Assembly: GCA_964016885.1 (NCBI GenBank)
Contig: OZ024753.1
Span: 23,498,001 to 23,562,000 of the forward strand
Direction of reading: 5' to 3'
Source: Eledone cirrhosa
Taxonomy: Eukaryota
DNA: 64,000 bases
Shown here: piece by piece, positions 24,480 to 36,112 of the stretch
How the letters are laid out: each line of letters opens with the position of its first letter
Numbering within the stretch: position 1 is the stretch's first letter
Notes under the pieces: generated by a model
Database searches by the model: none
Told to the model about the DNA's origin: nothing
What the model saw: the letters and a program-made list of their open reading frames with translations, nothing else
Made by a program: the position numbers and the translations under genes

Positions 24480-24985
24480 TACCTATCTACCGGCCTTTCT
24501 GGAGAATCGTAAAAGCACATATCGTTATATGCTTTTTCTATGAAAATTAGTAGTGGGCAGACTAATTTGCATAGAGTGTGAGTACGTACCGGTTCAACGG
24601 AGACGATAAAAACAAATAACGAAACGAAATTAAATTTCGTTTCGTTTGCAGTAAAGTAACCAGTAAAGTAGCCAGTAAAGTAACCAGTGAAAGACTTGGT
24701 ACATCTACATATGTATACGTGTGTGTATTCATATGCATACTAGTATTTCAGTATACATATATGGATGTACATTTTTAACTTAATTGTTTAAGCGTCAGTC
24801 ATACAAAAGTGAGTTGCAAACGAAACGAAATTTAATTTCGTTTCGTTATTTGTTTTTATCGTCTCCGTTGAACCGGTACGTACTCACACTCTATGCAAAT
24901 TAGTCTGCCCACTACTAATTTTCATAGAAAAAGCATATAACGATATGTGCTTTTACGATTCTCCAGAAAGGCCGGTAGATAGGTA

Positions 24986-25030
24986 AATATTGCTGATGAG
25001 TTGTAACAACAACGAAACTAGTTCAATATT
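24986..25030 (+). ncRNA. Minimal type I hammerhead ribozyme, monomer 1
   Basis: AATATTG-CTGATGA-GTTGT-aaca-ACAAC-GAAA-CTAG-TT-CAATATT: 7-bp helix I, canonical core, 5-bp helix II, palindromic ACTAGT helix III, GUU site after 25023. Confidence 0.95.
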
Positions 25031-25451
25031 CCTTGTCTGGCTTTCTGGAGAATAGAGGAAAGGTGCTTCCTCAAAAACCAGTATGACTCTAAAAACCGGT
25101 TTGTCTGTGTGTTTACATACAGAATAGCTGGATACTCACAGTAAAGTAACCAGTGAAAGACTTGGTACATCTACATATGTATACGTGAGTGTATTCATAT
25201 GCATACTAGTATTTCAGTATACATATATGGATGTACATTTTTAACTTAATTGTTTAAGCGTCAGTCATACAAAAGTGAGTTGCAAACGAAACGAAATTTA
25301 ATTTCGTTTCGTTATTTGTTTTTATCGTCTCCGTTGAACCGGTACGTACTCACACTCTATGCAAATTAGTCTGCCCACTACTAATTTTCATAGAAAAAGC
25401 ATATAACGATATGTGCTTTTACGATTCTCCAGAAAGGCCGGTAGATAGGTA

Positions 25452-25496
25452 AATATTGCTGATGAGTTGTAACAACAACGAAACTAGTTCAATATT
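25452..25496 (+). ncRNA. Minimal type I hammerhead ribozyme, monomer 2
   Basis: Identical to 24986-25030. Confidence 0.95.
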
Positions 25497-25917
25497 CCTT
25501 GTCTGGCTTTCTGGAGAATAGAGGAAAGGTGTTTCCTCAAAAACCAGTATGACTCTAAAAACCGGTTTGTCTGTGTGTTTACATACAGAATAGCTGGATA
25601 CTCACAGTAAAGTAACCAGTGAAAGACTTGGTACATCTACATATGTATACGTGTGTGTATTCATATGCATACTAGTATTTCAGTATACATATATGGATGT
25701 ACATTTTTAACTTAATTGTTTAAGCGTCAGTCATACAAAAGTGAGTTGCAAACGAAACGAAATTTAATTTCGTTTCGTTATTTGTTTTTATCGTCTCCGT
25801 TGAACCGGTACGTACTCACACTCTATGCAAATTAGTCTGCCCACTACTAATTTTCATAGAAAAAGCATATAACGATATGTGCTTTTACGATTCTCCAGAA
25901 AGGCCGGTAGATAGGTA

Positions 25918-25962
25918 AATATTGCTGATGAGTTGTAACAACAACGAAACTAGTTCAATATT
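25918..25962 (+). ncRNA. Minimal type I hammerhead ribozyme, monomer 3
   Basis: Identical to 24986-25030. Confidence 0.95.
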
Positions 25963-26250
25963 CCTTGTCTGGCTTTCTGGAGAATAGAGGAAAGGTGTTT
26001 CCTCAAAAACCAGTATGACTCTAAAAACCGGTTTGTCTGTGTGTTTACATACAGAATAGCTGGATACTCACAGTAAAGTAACCAGTGAAAGACTTGGTAC
26101 ATCTACATATGTATACGTGTGTGTATTCATATGCATACTAGTATTTCAGTATACATATATGGATGTACATTTTTAACTTAATTGTTTAAGCGTCAGTCAT
26201 ACAAAAGTGAGTTGCAAACGAAACGAAATTTAATTTCGTTTCGTTATTTG

Positions 26251-26310
<60 letters not shown>

Positions 26311-26348
26311 ATTAAATAAATGGAAAACTATATTTATAAAACCATATT

Positions 26349-26414
26349 TATTTCATTATATATATTTCGGGGATATCATATTAACAATATGCTATGCCTT
26401 CATCAGACAAAATA
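26349..26414 (-). ncRNA. Minimal type I hammerhead ribozyme (inverted arm)
   Basis: Reverse complement of 26557-26622. Confidence 0.7.
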
Positions 26415-26556
26415 CAATATAAACAGTTTTATAGATAAATATATTCAACATACCGTAATAAACATCAACTTCATTTGAAGAGGTTCACTCTAGCAGATGA
26501 AGTTGATGTTTATTACGGTATGTCGAATATATTTATCTATAAAACTGTTTATATTG

Positions 26557-26622
26557 TATTTTGTCTGATGAAGGCATAGCATATTGTTAATATGATATCC
26601 CCGAAATATATATAATGAAATA
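26557..26622 (+). ncRNA. Minimal type I hammerhead ribozyme
   Basis: Helix I TATTTTGT/ATGAAATA; CTGATGA 26565-26571; imperfect helix II (CATATT/AATATG); GAAA 26603-26606; ATATATAT helix III; AUA site. Confidence 0.7.
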
Positions 26623-26750
26623 AATATGGTTTTATAAATATAGTTTTCCATTTATTTAATATTGTAAATATACTCCAAGTATTTGTCGAGTGCTTTTATA
26701 TCAGTTATAAATATTTACTAGTTGTAACCCAACAATTTTAAATATAACTT

Positions 26751-26887
<137 letters not shown>

Positions 26888-26900
26888 CATATATATAAAC

Positions 26901-27256
26901 ACCACCTGCCGAATCTTTCAATTCATGATTTGGACACCATAGCCCACTCAAGTAGAGAGTTATTGTTTGCGGAGGCATATCAGGGTATAGGAGGTTTATC
27001 CGGGATTTCTTCGAAGAATTTGTCCAAAGACCTCTTAAACTTGATCGGGTCTGTTTCTATTTTAATGTGTTTTGGTTAATGTTAAAGCGAGCGGGGCCAA
27101 TTGAGATAAAATAATTGTGCTGTAATGTTGTTATGAGATACAAGTTTGATTTTTGTCGTCGGCGGATAGCACGGGGCCCAAACCTGAGATGTAGTCAAAT
27201 ATGATGCCAACGTCGTTTGGGCAATGCTGATGGAATATTTTTCACGTCCTGCAGAT
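26901..27256 (-). mobile_element. CR1-like LINE 3' fragment (degenerate RT C-terminus)
   Basis: With frameshifts, the minus strand reads [40 protein letters not shown]...NNSLLEW, the GP.LFN.LP...FK..LD.F...PD.P pattern of CR1-group ORF2 ends. Confidence 0.6.
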
Positions 27257-27591
27257 TATGTAGCGCTCACACGGGCCTTGGATAGTATACATCCATATAT
27301 ATATTTTATATATGCATTGTGTGTATATATATATGTATGTATATATATATATGTGTGTCTGTGTGTGGGGGGGGGGGGATCCTGAGATGAATGATCAAGG
27401 AAAATAGTGCTCAGTCGGTTACAAGAGAGCTTATTTAGTATAAACAAAGTTCCATACACTCAACATGTTATGTGCGACCATTGGTTCCAGTGTCCAGTTA
27501 TGGCCTCAACTGGAACCTGAAACCAATGTTTTTGCACATAATGTTAAGTGTATGAGACTTTGTTTATTCTCTCTCTCTCTATATATATATA

Positions 27592-27881
27592 TTTAAAGGT
27601 TAAACAAGGTTCAATGAATAAATCAAAGAATGTGTTTTACAATAGATTGGAAGCACTCAACAGTTTTGGTTTTCTGGAGTTATTAATATTAATTCAAAAT
27701 AAGATTCAGTCATGGTAGTCTACCATGACTGAATCTTAATCATGTACTATGTCAGGGTATGTCATGCATCATCTTATTTTATCTGATGAGGACGTACTGT
27801 TGAAGTTAACTCAGTACATCTGAAATATGTATAATAAAATATACTTGATCACAAGAATATCTATTTTGTTAATATTTTGAA

Positions 27882-27888
<7 letters not shown>
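27592..27888. mobile_element. Short fold-back PLE insertion; tail-bearing arm (-) lacks the HHR, opposite arm (+) keeps it
   Basis: Fold centre AAGATTCAGTCATGGTAG-t-CTACCATGACTGAATCTT; 27739-27874 is missing from the left arm; tail with GAGTGCT motif at 27652 (-). Confidence 0.7.
27775..27841 (+). ncRNA. Minimal type I hammerhead ribozyme
   Basis: Helix I TATTTTAT/ATAAAATA; CTGATGA 27783-27789; helix II GGACGTACTG/CAGTACATCT; GAAA 27822-27825; ATATGTAT helix III; AUA site. Confidence 0.8.
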
Positions 27889-27943
<55 letters not shown>

Positions 27944-28080
27944 CAGTGGTACCTTGAGATACGAGTGAACCAACATACGAATTTTTTGAGATACAAGCTA
28001 TCACTCGGCTAATTGTTGCTTGCCTTGTGATACGAGCTGAGTTTTGAGATACGAGCTACGAGCCAGCGGGTGCCTGAGAG

Positions 28081-28373
28081 GGGGTGCAGAATTAATTTCG
28101 CCACTGAATTAATTTCGTCCGGTGAACCCTAACCAAAGTTACTCCCGTCGTTTATATCCGTAAAGTGACTAAAGATTAAAACAAAAGTAATATATTTACG
28201 GTTAGGTTGAATTAACCCTAACCATAACCATAACCATAACCCTAAACAATAACCCTAACCGTAAATATATTACATTTGTTTTAGTCACTTTACGGATATA
28301 AACGACGGGAGTAGCTTTCGTTGGGGTTCACAGGGCGAAATTAATTCAGTGGCGAAATTAATTCAGTAACGCC
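28081..28373. mobile_element. Palindromic MITE nested in the Tigger 5' region, with central telomere-like repeats
   Basis: (C)CTGAGAG duplicated at 28073-28080 and 28373-28380; about 125-bp inverted arms; GG...CC termini; central AACCCT/AACCAT hexamers. Confidence 0.85.
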
Positions 28374-28472
28374 CTGAGAGTGGTCAGTCCACGTGGTAAC
28401 CTCGGCCTATTGTGTTACTGTTGTGATTTTAGTTGCTTTTGGTTTATTTCGATAACAATCTTAGTTTCAACC

Positions 28473-30185
28473 ATGAGTCCTGAGAAAGTGAGTGCCAAGT
28501 GGCGAGAAAAAGAAAAAGATGATGTCTATGGATATTAAGCACGAAATCGTAGAAAAACATGATCGTGGTGTGGGTGTTATTGACTTGGCAAAGGAGTACG
28601 ATCGTAGTACTTCTACAATAAGTACTATTTTGAAACAAAAGGATTCATTAAAGGCTATGACACCAACCAAGGGTGTTAAGATAATTTCTAAGCTCCGGAC
28701 CTCTGTCCATTAAGAGATGGAAAAGTTGCTGTTGGGGTGGTTGACCGAGAAGCAGCTCGCTGGAGATACCGTAACCGAGCCCATCATCTGTGAGAAGACA
28801 CGAGTTATTTATGGAGATTTGGTGCAGCAGACGGCGGGATCATCCTCGGACGAGGCATCGGAAGAGTCATTCAAAGCCAGTCGGGGATGGTTTGAAATTT
28901 TAAAAAGAGGACGACTGGCATTCACTCCGTCGTCAGGGATGGTGAGGCTGCAAGCTCAGATGTTAGGCAGCTGAAGAATTTACTTCATTTGTTGGTGAAC
29001 TGGTAGAAGCCGAAGGATACATCCCCCAGCAAGTCTTTAATTGTGACGAGACAGGGCTATTTTGGAAAAAGATGCCAAGGAGAACGTACATAACAGCAGA
29101 GGAGAAGAGCTTGCCAGGCCACAAACCTATGAAGGATAGGTTGACCCTTGCACTGTGTGCAAATGCGAATGGCGATTTAAAGATTAAACCGCTGCTCGGA
29201 AACCCCGGGGCCTTTAAGGGTCATAAGATTCTTAAAGAAAAACTGCAGGTTATGTGGAGGGCAAACCCAAAGGCATGGGTCACCAGGGAGTTTTTTGTGT
29301 AGTGGGTAAACCTGGTTTTAGGTCCTGCAGTCAAGAAGTATCTTTTAGATAATAACCTGCCCCTGAAAGCCCTACTCGTCCTTGACAATGCTCCCGCACA
29401 CCCACCAAATCTCGAGGATGACATCTTAGAAGAATTCAAGTTTATTAAGGTCTTGTACCTTCCAACCAACACCACCCCTATCCTTCAGCCCATGGACCAG
29501 CAGGTGATTTCGAATTTTAAAAAGCTCTTCACCAAGTATCTCTTCCGGCAGTGCTTTGAGGTTACGAAAAACACAAACCTCACCCTTCGAGAGTTCTGGA
29601 AAGAACATTACACTATCGTAGCCTGCCTCAAAATTATAGACATGGCCTGGCATGGTGTTACAAGGAGGACCTTAAACTCTGCATGGAAGAAGCTGTGGCC
29701 CGAGGTTGTGTCCGAAGGGACTTCGAAGGATTCGAACCCGAACACGAAGAGTTAGTGGAGGAGATCGTGTCCATCGGAAAATGCATGGGCCTGGAAGTGG
29801 ACGAAGGAGACGTCAACAACCTCGTAGAAGAGCACAATGAGGAATTGACAACGGAGGAATTAAAGGAGCATACAGAGATTTGGCAGGAAATTAATGAGGG
29901 GCCAGAGTCAGAGGAGGTAGTAATCCCTTCAAGTGAAATTAAGTAAATGTTGGGAATTTGGGAGAAACTTAATGATTTTATTGACAAAAATCATCCAGAA
30001 AATGTTGGAACAAGTCGTACGTCGGCACTGTTTAACGACATTTGCCTCACTCATTTCAGAAACATTTTAAAAGGGAGGAAGAAACCTCCTTGGACAGGTT
30101 TTTATTGAAATGCCCTCAAAGCGAAGGCGAGGAAAGTGTGGCCAAAAAGCCAAAAGTCAGTGAAGATGATGATGAGAGTAACTGA
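28473..30185 (+). pseudogene. Disrupted Tigger-type transposase (HTH-psq, CENP-B HTH, DDE_1)
   Basis: KKMMSMDIKHEIVEK..STISTILK; MEKLLLGW..FKASRGWF; VFNCDETGLFWKKMPRRTYI..KDRLT; LVLDNAPAHP; NTTPILQPMDQQVI. Multiple stops and frameshifts. Confidence 0.93.
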
Positions 30186-30826
30186 AGTACCATACGGTAC
30201 GAAAAGAAAAAAAGTAAAATAAAAATAGCAATTAAGTTTAGCGATTAAGTGTAGCAGTGTGTAAGTAAAATTTAGCAATAAAAAATAGGATTAACTGCGT
30301 AGTGAGTAAGTCAAGTTAAGAGATAGAGCGCAAAACGAAAAACATTTATAGCCTCCCCGTCATTCTCCTCCACCTCTGCCAATCTCCTCCACCACCGCCA
30401 GCTTTTTCGTCTCATCTTGAAGGTAAATACACTTAATAAATCCAGTTTATTTCTTTACATTCTCTCTTATTATGTTCTCATTATTTCATTATACTTTTTT
30501 TATTTTTTTTTTTATTTTATTTGCCACAAGGGCATCAAAAGTGGGACAAGTACAATTATACATTATTTGTTATTTATAAAGTATATTTTGCTTATTAAAA
30601 ACACGTAACATAAATAAATTGGTGTGGTTTTGGGGGGTCAGAACGGATTAATAGCATTTCAGTTAATTTCAATGGGGAAAATTGATTTGAGATACGAGTA
30701 AATTGAGTTACGTGCTCAGTGACAGAACGAATTAAACTCGTATATATATATATATTATTTCTGATTTTTGCGTTTCGCTTCGCTTTTCCTGCCCGCCGAA
30801 AATGCGATTCTCGCTGAATTTTTATT

Positions 30827-30863
<37 letters not shown>

Positions 30864-31184
30864 CCACCCAGGACCGTTGGATCACTTTCACTTCAAAATA
30901 TTTTTTGTCAATTTTGTTCAGTTAAACATAATTTTTATGTTTAAGTGAACATGTATATAATGTGAATTCAATAGGGTTAGCAGGCGAAACTCCTGAGTAA
31001 CAAGTTTCACTATTTAGCCCTAATAAAATGAATATATATATATTAGGAGCGCCGCATCGACATACGATGGTTGTAGGGCATTTTTGAAAACCTGACAGAG
31101 CCCATCTCCTGTCACAGTCTGAACATATCAAATTTCTTCCAGAGAAAGATAGAGAGTGAGAGAATGGGAGTATGAAAGAATAAT

Positions 31185-31360
31185 TGACTCCAATACTTCA
31201 CTGGTCATCTTTTTAATCGACTATGAATGGATGAAAGGCCAAATTGATCTCCACGGTATTTGAACTCAGATAGCAGAGCCCCCCACCCCCACCCCCCAAA
31301 AAATAAACCCATCGCAAAGCATTCTATCGGACGTTCTAACGAGTTTTCCAATTCACTGCC
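31185..31360 (-). mobile_element. Degenerate tRNA-derived SINE (same family as 18605-18758)
   Basis: Pairwise similarity to 18605-18758; TGAGTTCAAATACC B-box-like motif on the minus strand. Confidence 0.6.
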
Positions 31361-31435
31361 AGCATATAAGGATTTTCAGAAATGAACTGTATTGTGGAAT
31401 TATTTTTAAAAGTCTTCAAAAAAACACATACAATA

Positions 31436-31580
31436 GGTGCAGGCATAGTTTTGGTGTTAAGGAGTTTGCTTCGTAGTCACTACTAGGCCTCGGGTTCGTT
31501 CTACTCTGGCACAATGTGCCTCTCACTAATGGCATATAAATAAAATTTGATAGCCTTAAACTGTGCTAAATTCTGTCGCG
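31436..31580 (+). mobile_element. Possible highly degenerate tRNA-derived SINE of a second family
   Basis: A-box-like and B-box-like (GGGTTCGTTCT) segments followed by a (TATG)n tail; weak. Confidence 0.35.
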
Positions 31581-31614
31581 TATGTATGTATGTATGTATA
31601 GATATGTATGTATG

Positions 31615-32201
31615 TTCTTCTGGTTTTATAATTTCACAAATGTTTGCCAATAGAGAGAGAGTCGGTTTCTAACATAGACACAAGACTCTCTCATTGGAAT
31701 TTATACAACATCAACTAGGTAGATATGTCTGCATGTCTGCATGCATGTGTAGATATGGATGTTTTTAGTTGTATGTGTGCATGTGTATATGCTTTGTATC
31801 TGTACCTGTGTATATGCAGTTGTTTGGAATGTTTTACATATTTTTACTGTTCCATTAATGGATTGTACTTGCAATTTCCTAACTAGTTGTGTTCATTCTG
31901 TTCCTGTGAAGCCCAGCTTCTCAAGATTTATATTGAGGCAGTTACTAACATATCCCAGTGCCCCAATAATCACAGGTATAAATATGAAGGTATAGTCAGG
32001 TTGGAGTATCTGCAGATTTCTCATCAGTTCTGCATAAATATTCTCCTTTTCGCTAATCTTTGATAATATATTGGCATCTGCTGGGCAGCTAACTACCACT
32101 ATTGTGCATACCTTCTTTTCCCTGTCCCATATCATTATATCTGGTCTGTTATGCCTGCATTTTATTGGGTTTTTACTGGAACATTCCACCAGTACTCTTT
32201 C
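31615..32201 (-). mobile_element. 5'-truncated copy of the R4/Dong-like LINE (REL endonuclease + 3' UTR)
   Basis: KEYWWNVP..RHNRPDIMIWDREKKVCT..SCP..KENIY; homologous to 32224-32820; (TATG)n on both sides. Confidence 0.9.
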
Positions 32202-32223
32202 ATGTATGTATGTATTATGTATG

Positions 32224-35200
32224 TTCTTCTGATTTTATAATGTCACACAGTTTTACCAATAGAGAGAGAGTCGGTTTCTAACATAGACACAAGACTCTCT
32301 CATTGGAGTTTACACAGCATCAACTAGGTAGATAGGTATGTATACATGCATGTGTAGATATGGATGTTATTGTATGTGTGGATGTGGATGTTTTGAGTTG
32401 TATGTGTGCATGTGTATATGCTTTGTATCTGTACATGTGTATATGCCGTTATTAGATGCAACATTTTTGGAATGTTTTACATATTTTTACTGTTCCATTA
32501 ATGGATTGTACTTGTAATCTCCTAACTAATGTGTCCTTTCTGTTCCTGTGAAACCTAGCTTCTCAAGATTTGTATTGAGGCAGTTACTAACATATCCCAG
32601 TGCCCCAATAATCACAGGCATAAATCTGAAGGTGTAATCAGGGTGGAGTATCTGCAGATTTCTCATCAGTTCTGCATAAATATTCTCCTTTTCACTAATC
32701 TTTGATATTATATTGGCATCTGCTGGGCAGCTAATTTCCACTACTGTGCATACTTTCTTCTCCCTGTCCCATATCATAATATCTGGTCTGTTATGCCTGC
32801 ATTTTATTGGGGTTTTTACTGGTATATATTATGTACATGGATGTCTTCCACATTGTCGTAGCTTTTAATGTGTTTATTATCGGGGCTATCTTTTTTACGA
32901 ACTGCATTGTACAGTGTTTTGGCGACTACATCATGCCTCATAGGTAGATAGTACCGCGATGACATCTTTGGACAGCTGCTGATGACATGGGTGATATCCT
33001 CGATGTTAGTTCTGAAGAGTCTGCACTTGTTATCACATCTAGGTGTTTTGCCTGCATCCCTATCTATTTTGTGAATCAGGTATTTCGTGCTAATCTCCTG
33101 TTCCTGGATTGCAAAAGCGTATCCTTCAAACTGGGAGCCAATATAGCGGTTGTTGGTCCAAGATAGACTACTTTCCTTATCTATATTACTCTCACTCTGG
33201 AGCTTCCTGGCAACATATCCATGCATGATTTTTTGCTGATAGGCATGCAGTTTTTCATCCATGGATTCACTGCGATACTGCTGAGCGACATCTCTGGGTG
33301 TGAGTTTTTGATTATCACACAGGGAATATCTCTCAAGGAGTTCCTTATCTGTTTCATGCAGATAGACTTGCTCGAGAAACGGGCTCCTACGCTTCGAGGT
33401 TCGTAGATGTTGTCGGAGAGATATGATGCGACATTCAAATGTTCTCTGGACTGATGTTAGACCTCTGCCTCCCTGCTTACGTTTCAAGTAAAGGCGCTCT
33501 ATGTCACTGTTGATGTGGAAGTTTCCGGTGATGTTCAGTATTTTTCGAGTTCCAACATCAACGGCTCGGATTTCGTCTATCGTCCAATTGAGTATTCCAA
33601 ACGTTGGTGTTAGGATAGGCACAGCCAACACATTGTGAGCCACTGTTTTGTTTTGCGCAGAGAGTTCCGATGACCAGATCTTTCTTAATCGGGTGTAGTA
33701 TTCCCTGGTTACGCGTTCTTTATTACAGATACCATTATAGGATATGTTCTCATCTATCCCCAAGTATCTGTAGCAGTCTTCATCAGATATCGGTGAAACA
33801 GTTATGCCTTTGAGAACGTTGTAACTAGGTTAAGATTTTTCTTCATCCCATCCATGTTTTTGGCATAGAGTTTCAGATCGTCCACAAAGAAATTATGGGT
33901 TAGGTTCGTATTTCTGTCCTCCTGTGAGTCAATGATGTATCCCTCACATTTCCTGAGCAGAAAGGACAAGGGGTTTAATGACAAGATGAATAATATCACA
34001 GAGAGACTGTCCCCCTGAAATATACCCCTGCAATATTTTATTTTATCAGTGAAAATAGAGTCCTCCCTCTCTGTCTTTAATCAAAGGATAGTAGCCCAAG
34101 AAGTTGGAGAGCCTCTATCATCCAAGAGTGGGGAACAGAATCGAAAGCCTTCCTGTCATCCAGCCAGACTGTAGTCATATTCCTCCTAAGTTGTCCCACC
34201 TCCGACATCGCAGTTTTGTTGATTAGAAGTTGTTCAGCACATCCCCAAACCCCTTTCTTTCCAGCTACTTGTTCATCTGTGATGATGTTATTATTTTCAC
34301 AGTGATCTTGGAGGAATAAGTTCAGGCAGGCTGTATACATCTTATACATCAGGTTCTGGCATGCAATGGGTCGGTAGTTTTTTGCCAAGTGGGTGTCTTT
34401 GTTCTTGGGGAGCAGTAACGTGTGTGCTAATGTCAACCATTTTGGTATAAGTGTATCTCCCTTAAGAACTTGTTGGTAGAGGTCAGTAAGATACCTTCGA
34501 TAGAATATTAGTTTTTTGTACCAGTAGCCGACAATCATGTCTCTTCCTGGTGTTTTCTTATCTTGGAGTTTTCCTATCACAGTCTCAAGGGTACCCTCAC
34601 TTATTTCGTATGTTTTTGTTGTAGTATAGGAGCAATAGTTCTTTCGGATTTCTCTTAGCCACACTGTATCTTGGTTGAATTCTTCTTTTCACCCCATATT
34701 TTTCTCCAAAAGGAATCTATGTCTTTCTGGGATGGGGTGTGACACTTATTATTTTTCCCTTCATATCTCTATAGACTGATGTTTGGTTTCGTCTGAATCT
34801 TTTATTAAGCACTTTTCTCTCACCTACCTTCTTCAGGTATCGACGTTTTTCGCTAACAGCTCTCAATTCTTGTTTGAGAATGATCAGCTTATATTGGAGA
34901 GTTCTGGTTCTACTGTTACCAAACATCGTCTCTATTTTATTTTTCACTCTTTGTTTGTGAGGAGTGAGGTTTTTTTGTGTTTGTTTGCATGTAAGGAGCA
35001 TTGTCACATATCCTATGTTTTTTTCGTAGGTCAGCACGCTTTTTTTCTATTTTAGATATATATGATGGTATTTTTGGTGGTGTTTTGTTCTTGTTAATAT
35101 CTCTGCTATCACCAAGATAAATGCTTCACTGTCGTTGCTAAGGTATATAAACAGGCGTTGATTTGTAAACGTTGATTTATAAACAGGCGTTGATTCGTCA

Positions 35201-36112
35201 ATGACACGTAGTATTTCATTATTTAGTTTTTTATTCACCATTGTCATTTTAACACGTTCAGCAAGAGAGATATTTATACACGAGTTAATTTCTCTCTGGA
35301 AGATTTCGTTGAGGGAAATTTTCAATTGTTTATACTTTTGATTATCATTATCGATAGTATTTTCCAGAACAGTCGAGGTAGGCTCGGATGGTACACGTGG
35401 TGTCACATTTATTCGATTATTATTATTACCGATCGAGGTAGACTTAGATGGTACAGGTGGTATCAAGTTTCTTACAGGCATAGTTGTTTCAAGACGCTGT
35501 TCGACCTGGCTGCTAGGAAGTCTAGTAGCATGGCGACCTGTATCACGTGTTGTTGATAACATGTTTGTTGTTAGGGACTTACAATTAATAATATTTATCT
35601 TATTTTTACGTCAAAAAACGTCGCTTGTTGGCGTAATTGTTTCGCTGTGAAATAATTTAGTTCTGGGTGCCTTTCGTCCCAGTGTAGCTTCATTCTATTC
35701 ATATAGCCAATGGAGGGATTGTTCTTTGCCATTTTATAACAATTTAAATAAATCATTATTAAGTTCGCAACTCCAAGAGAAATGCGATTTATAATTTCGG
35801 TTTCTTCTGTAGCTACAACTGAATAAAGTTTGATTACCTTCTTGTTATTTGTCTTCGATACTTCCTTAATTATTTTGTTGATGTTGTGTTCAGCCATGAT
35901 GTTTGTAGCAAATCCTTGTAAAATGAATTATGTATTTAGTCGGATATCTCTACGAATTCGAATTAAAGGTGTCTTCAGAAGGGATAGTTAGAAGAATAAC
36001 CAGTTATTCAACCTGGCTGTAGTTGTGGCATTACTGTCGGAGATAGTATTCATCTTACATTTTATAAATAGTCTCCCACGCCAAAATATGCGACTGATCG
36101 CGTTGACTGTCT
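32224..36112 (-). mobile_element. Near full-length R4/Dong-clade non-LTR retrotransposon (single ORF, RT + CCHC + restriction-like endonuclease), disrupted
   Basis: GYMNRMKLHW..L.QQA; KTPGRD..YWYK; NYRPIAC; KAFDSVPHSW; GIFQGDSLS; HNFFVDDLKLY; RLYLKRKQGGRGL; AIQEQ; CRL...EDITHVISSC..RHD; NRPD..EISCP. Flanked by TATGTATG. Confidence 0.92.

Larger units (their letters stand above)
24211..26255 (+). mobile_element. Retrozyme-like array (family 2): inverted copy 24211-24650 + about 3.4 head-to-tail 466-bp monomers, one HHR each
   Basis: GTAAAGTAACCAGTGAAAG at 24675, 25141, 25607 and 26073 (exact 466-bp spacing); monomers nearly identical; no ORF; flanked by (TA)n. Confidence 0.92.
27944..30743 (+). 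mobile_element. Tigger/pogo (Tc1-mariner superfamily) DNA transposon; right TIR truncated
   Basis: TA then CAGTGGTACCTTGAGATACGAG left end, with subterminal TGAGATACGAG repeats at both ends. The right end stops at ACTCGTAT in (TA)n. Confidence 0.9.

Noticed and set aside
30981-31005. GAAA-CTC-ct-GAG-TA hammerhead 3' half
   Set aside because: No CUGANGA half upstream; only suggestive of another truncated PLE end.
35990-36112. Possible HDV-like ribozyme at the R4-like element 5' end
   Set aside because: Could not assemble the P1/P2/P3/P1.1 double pseudoknot by eye; needs a descriptor search.
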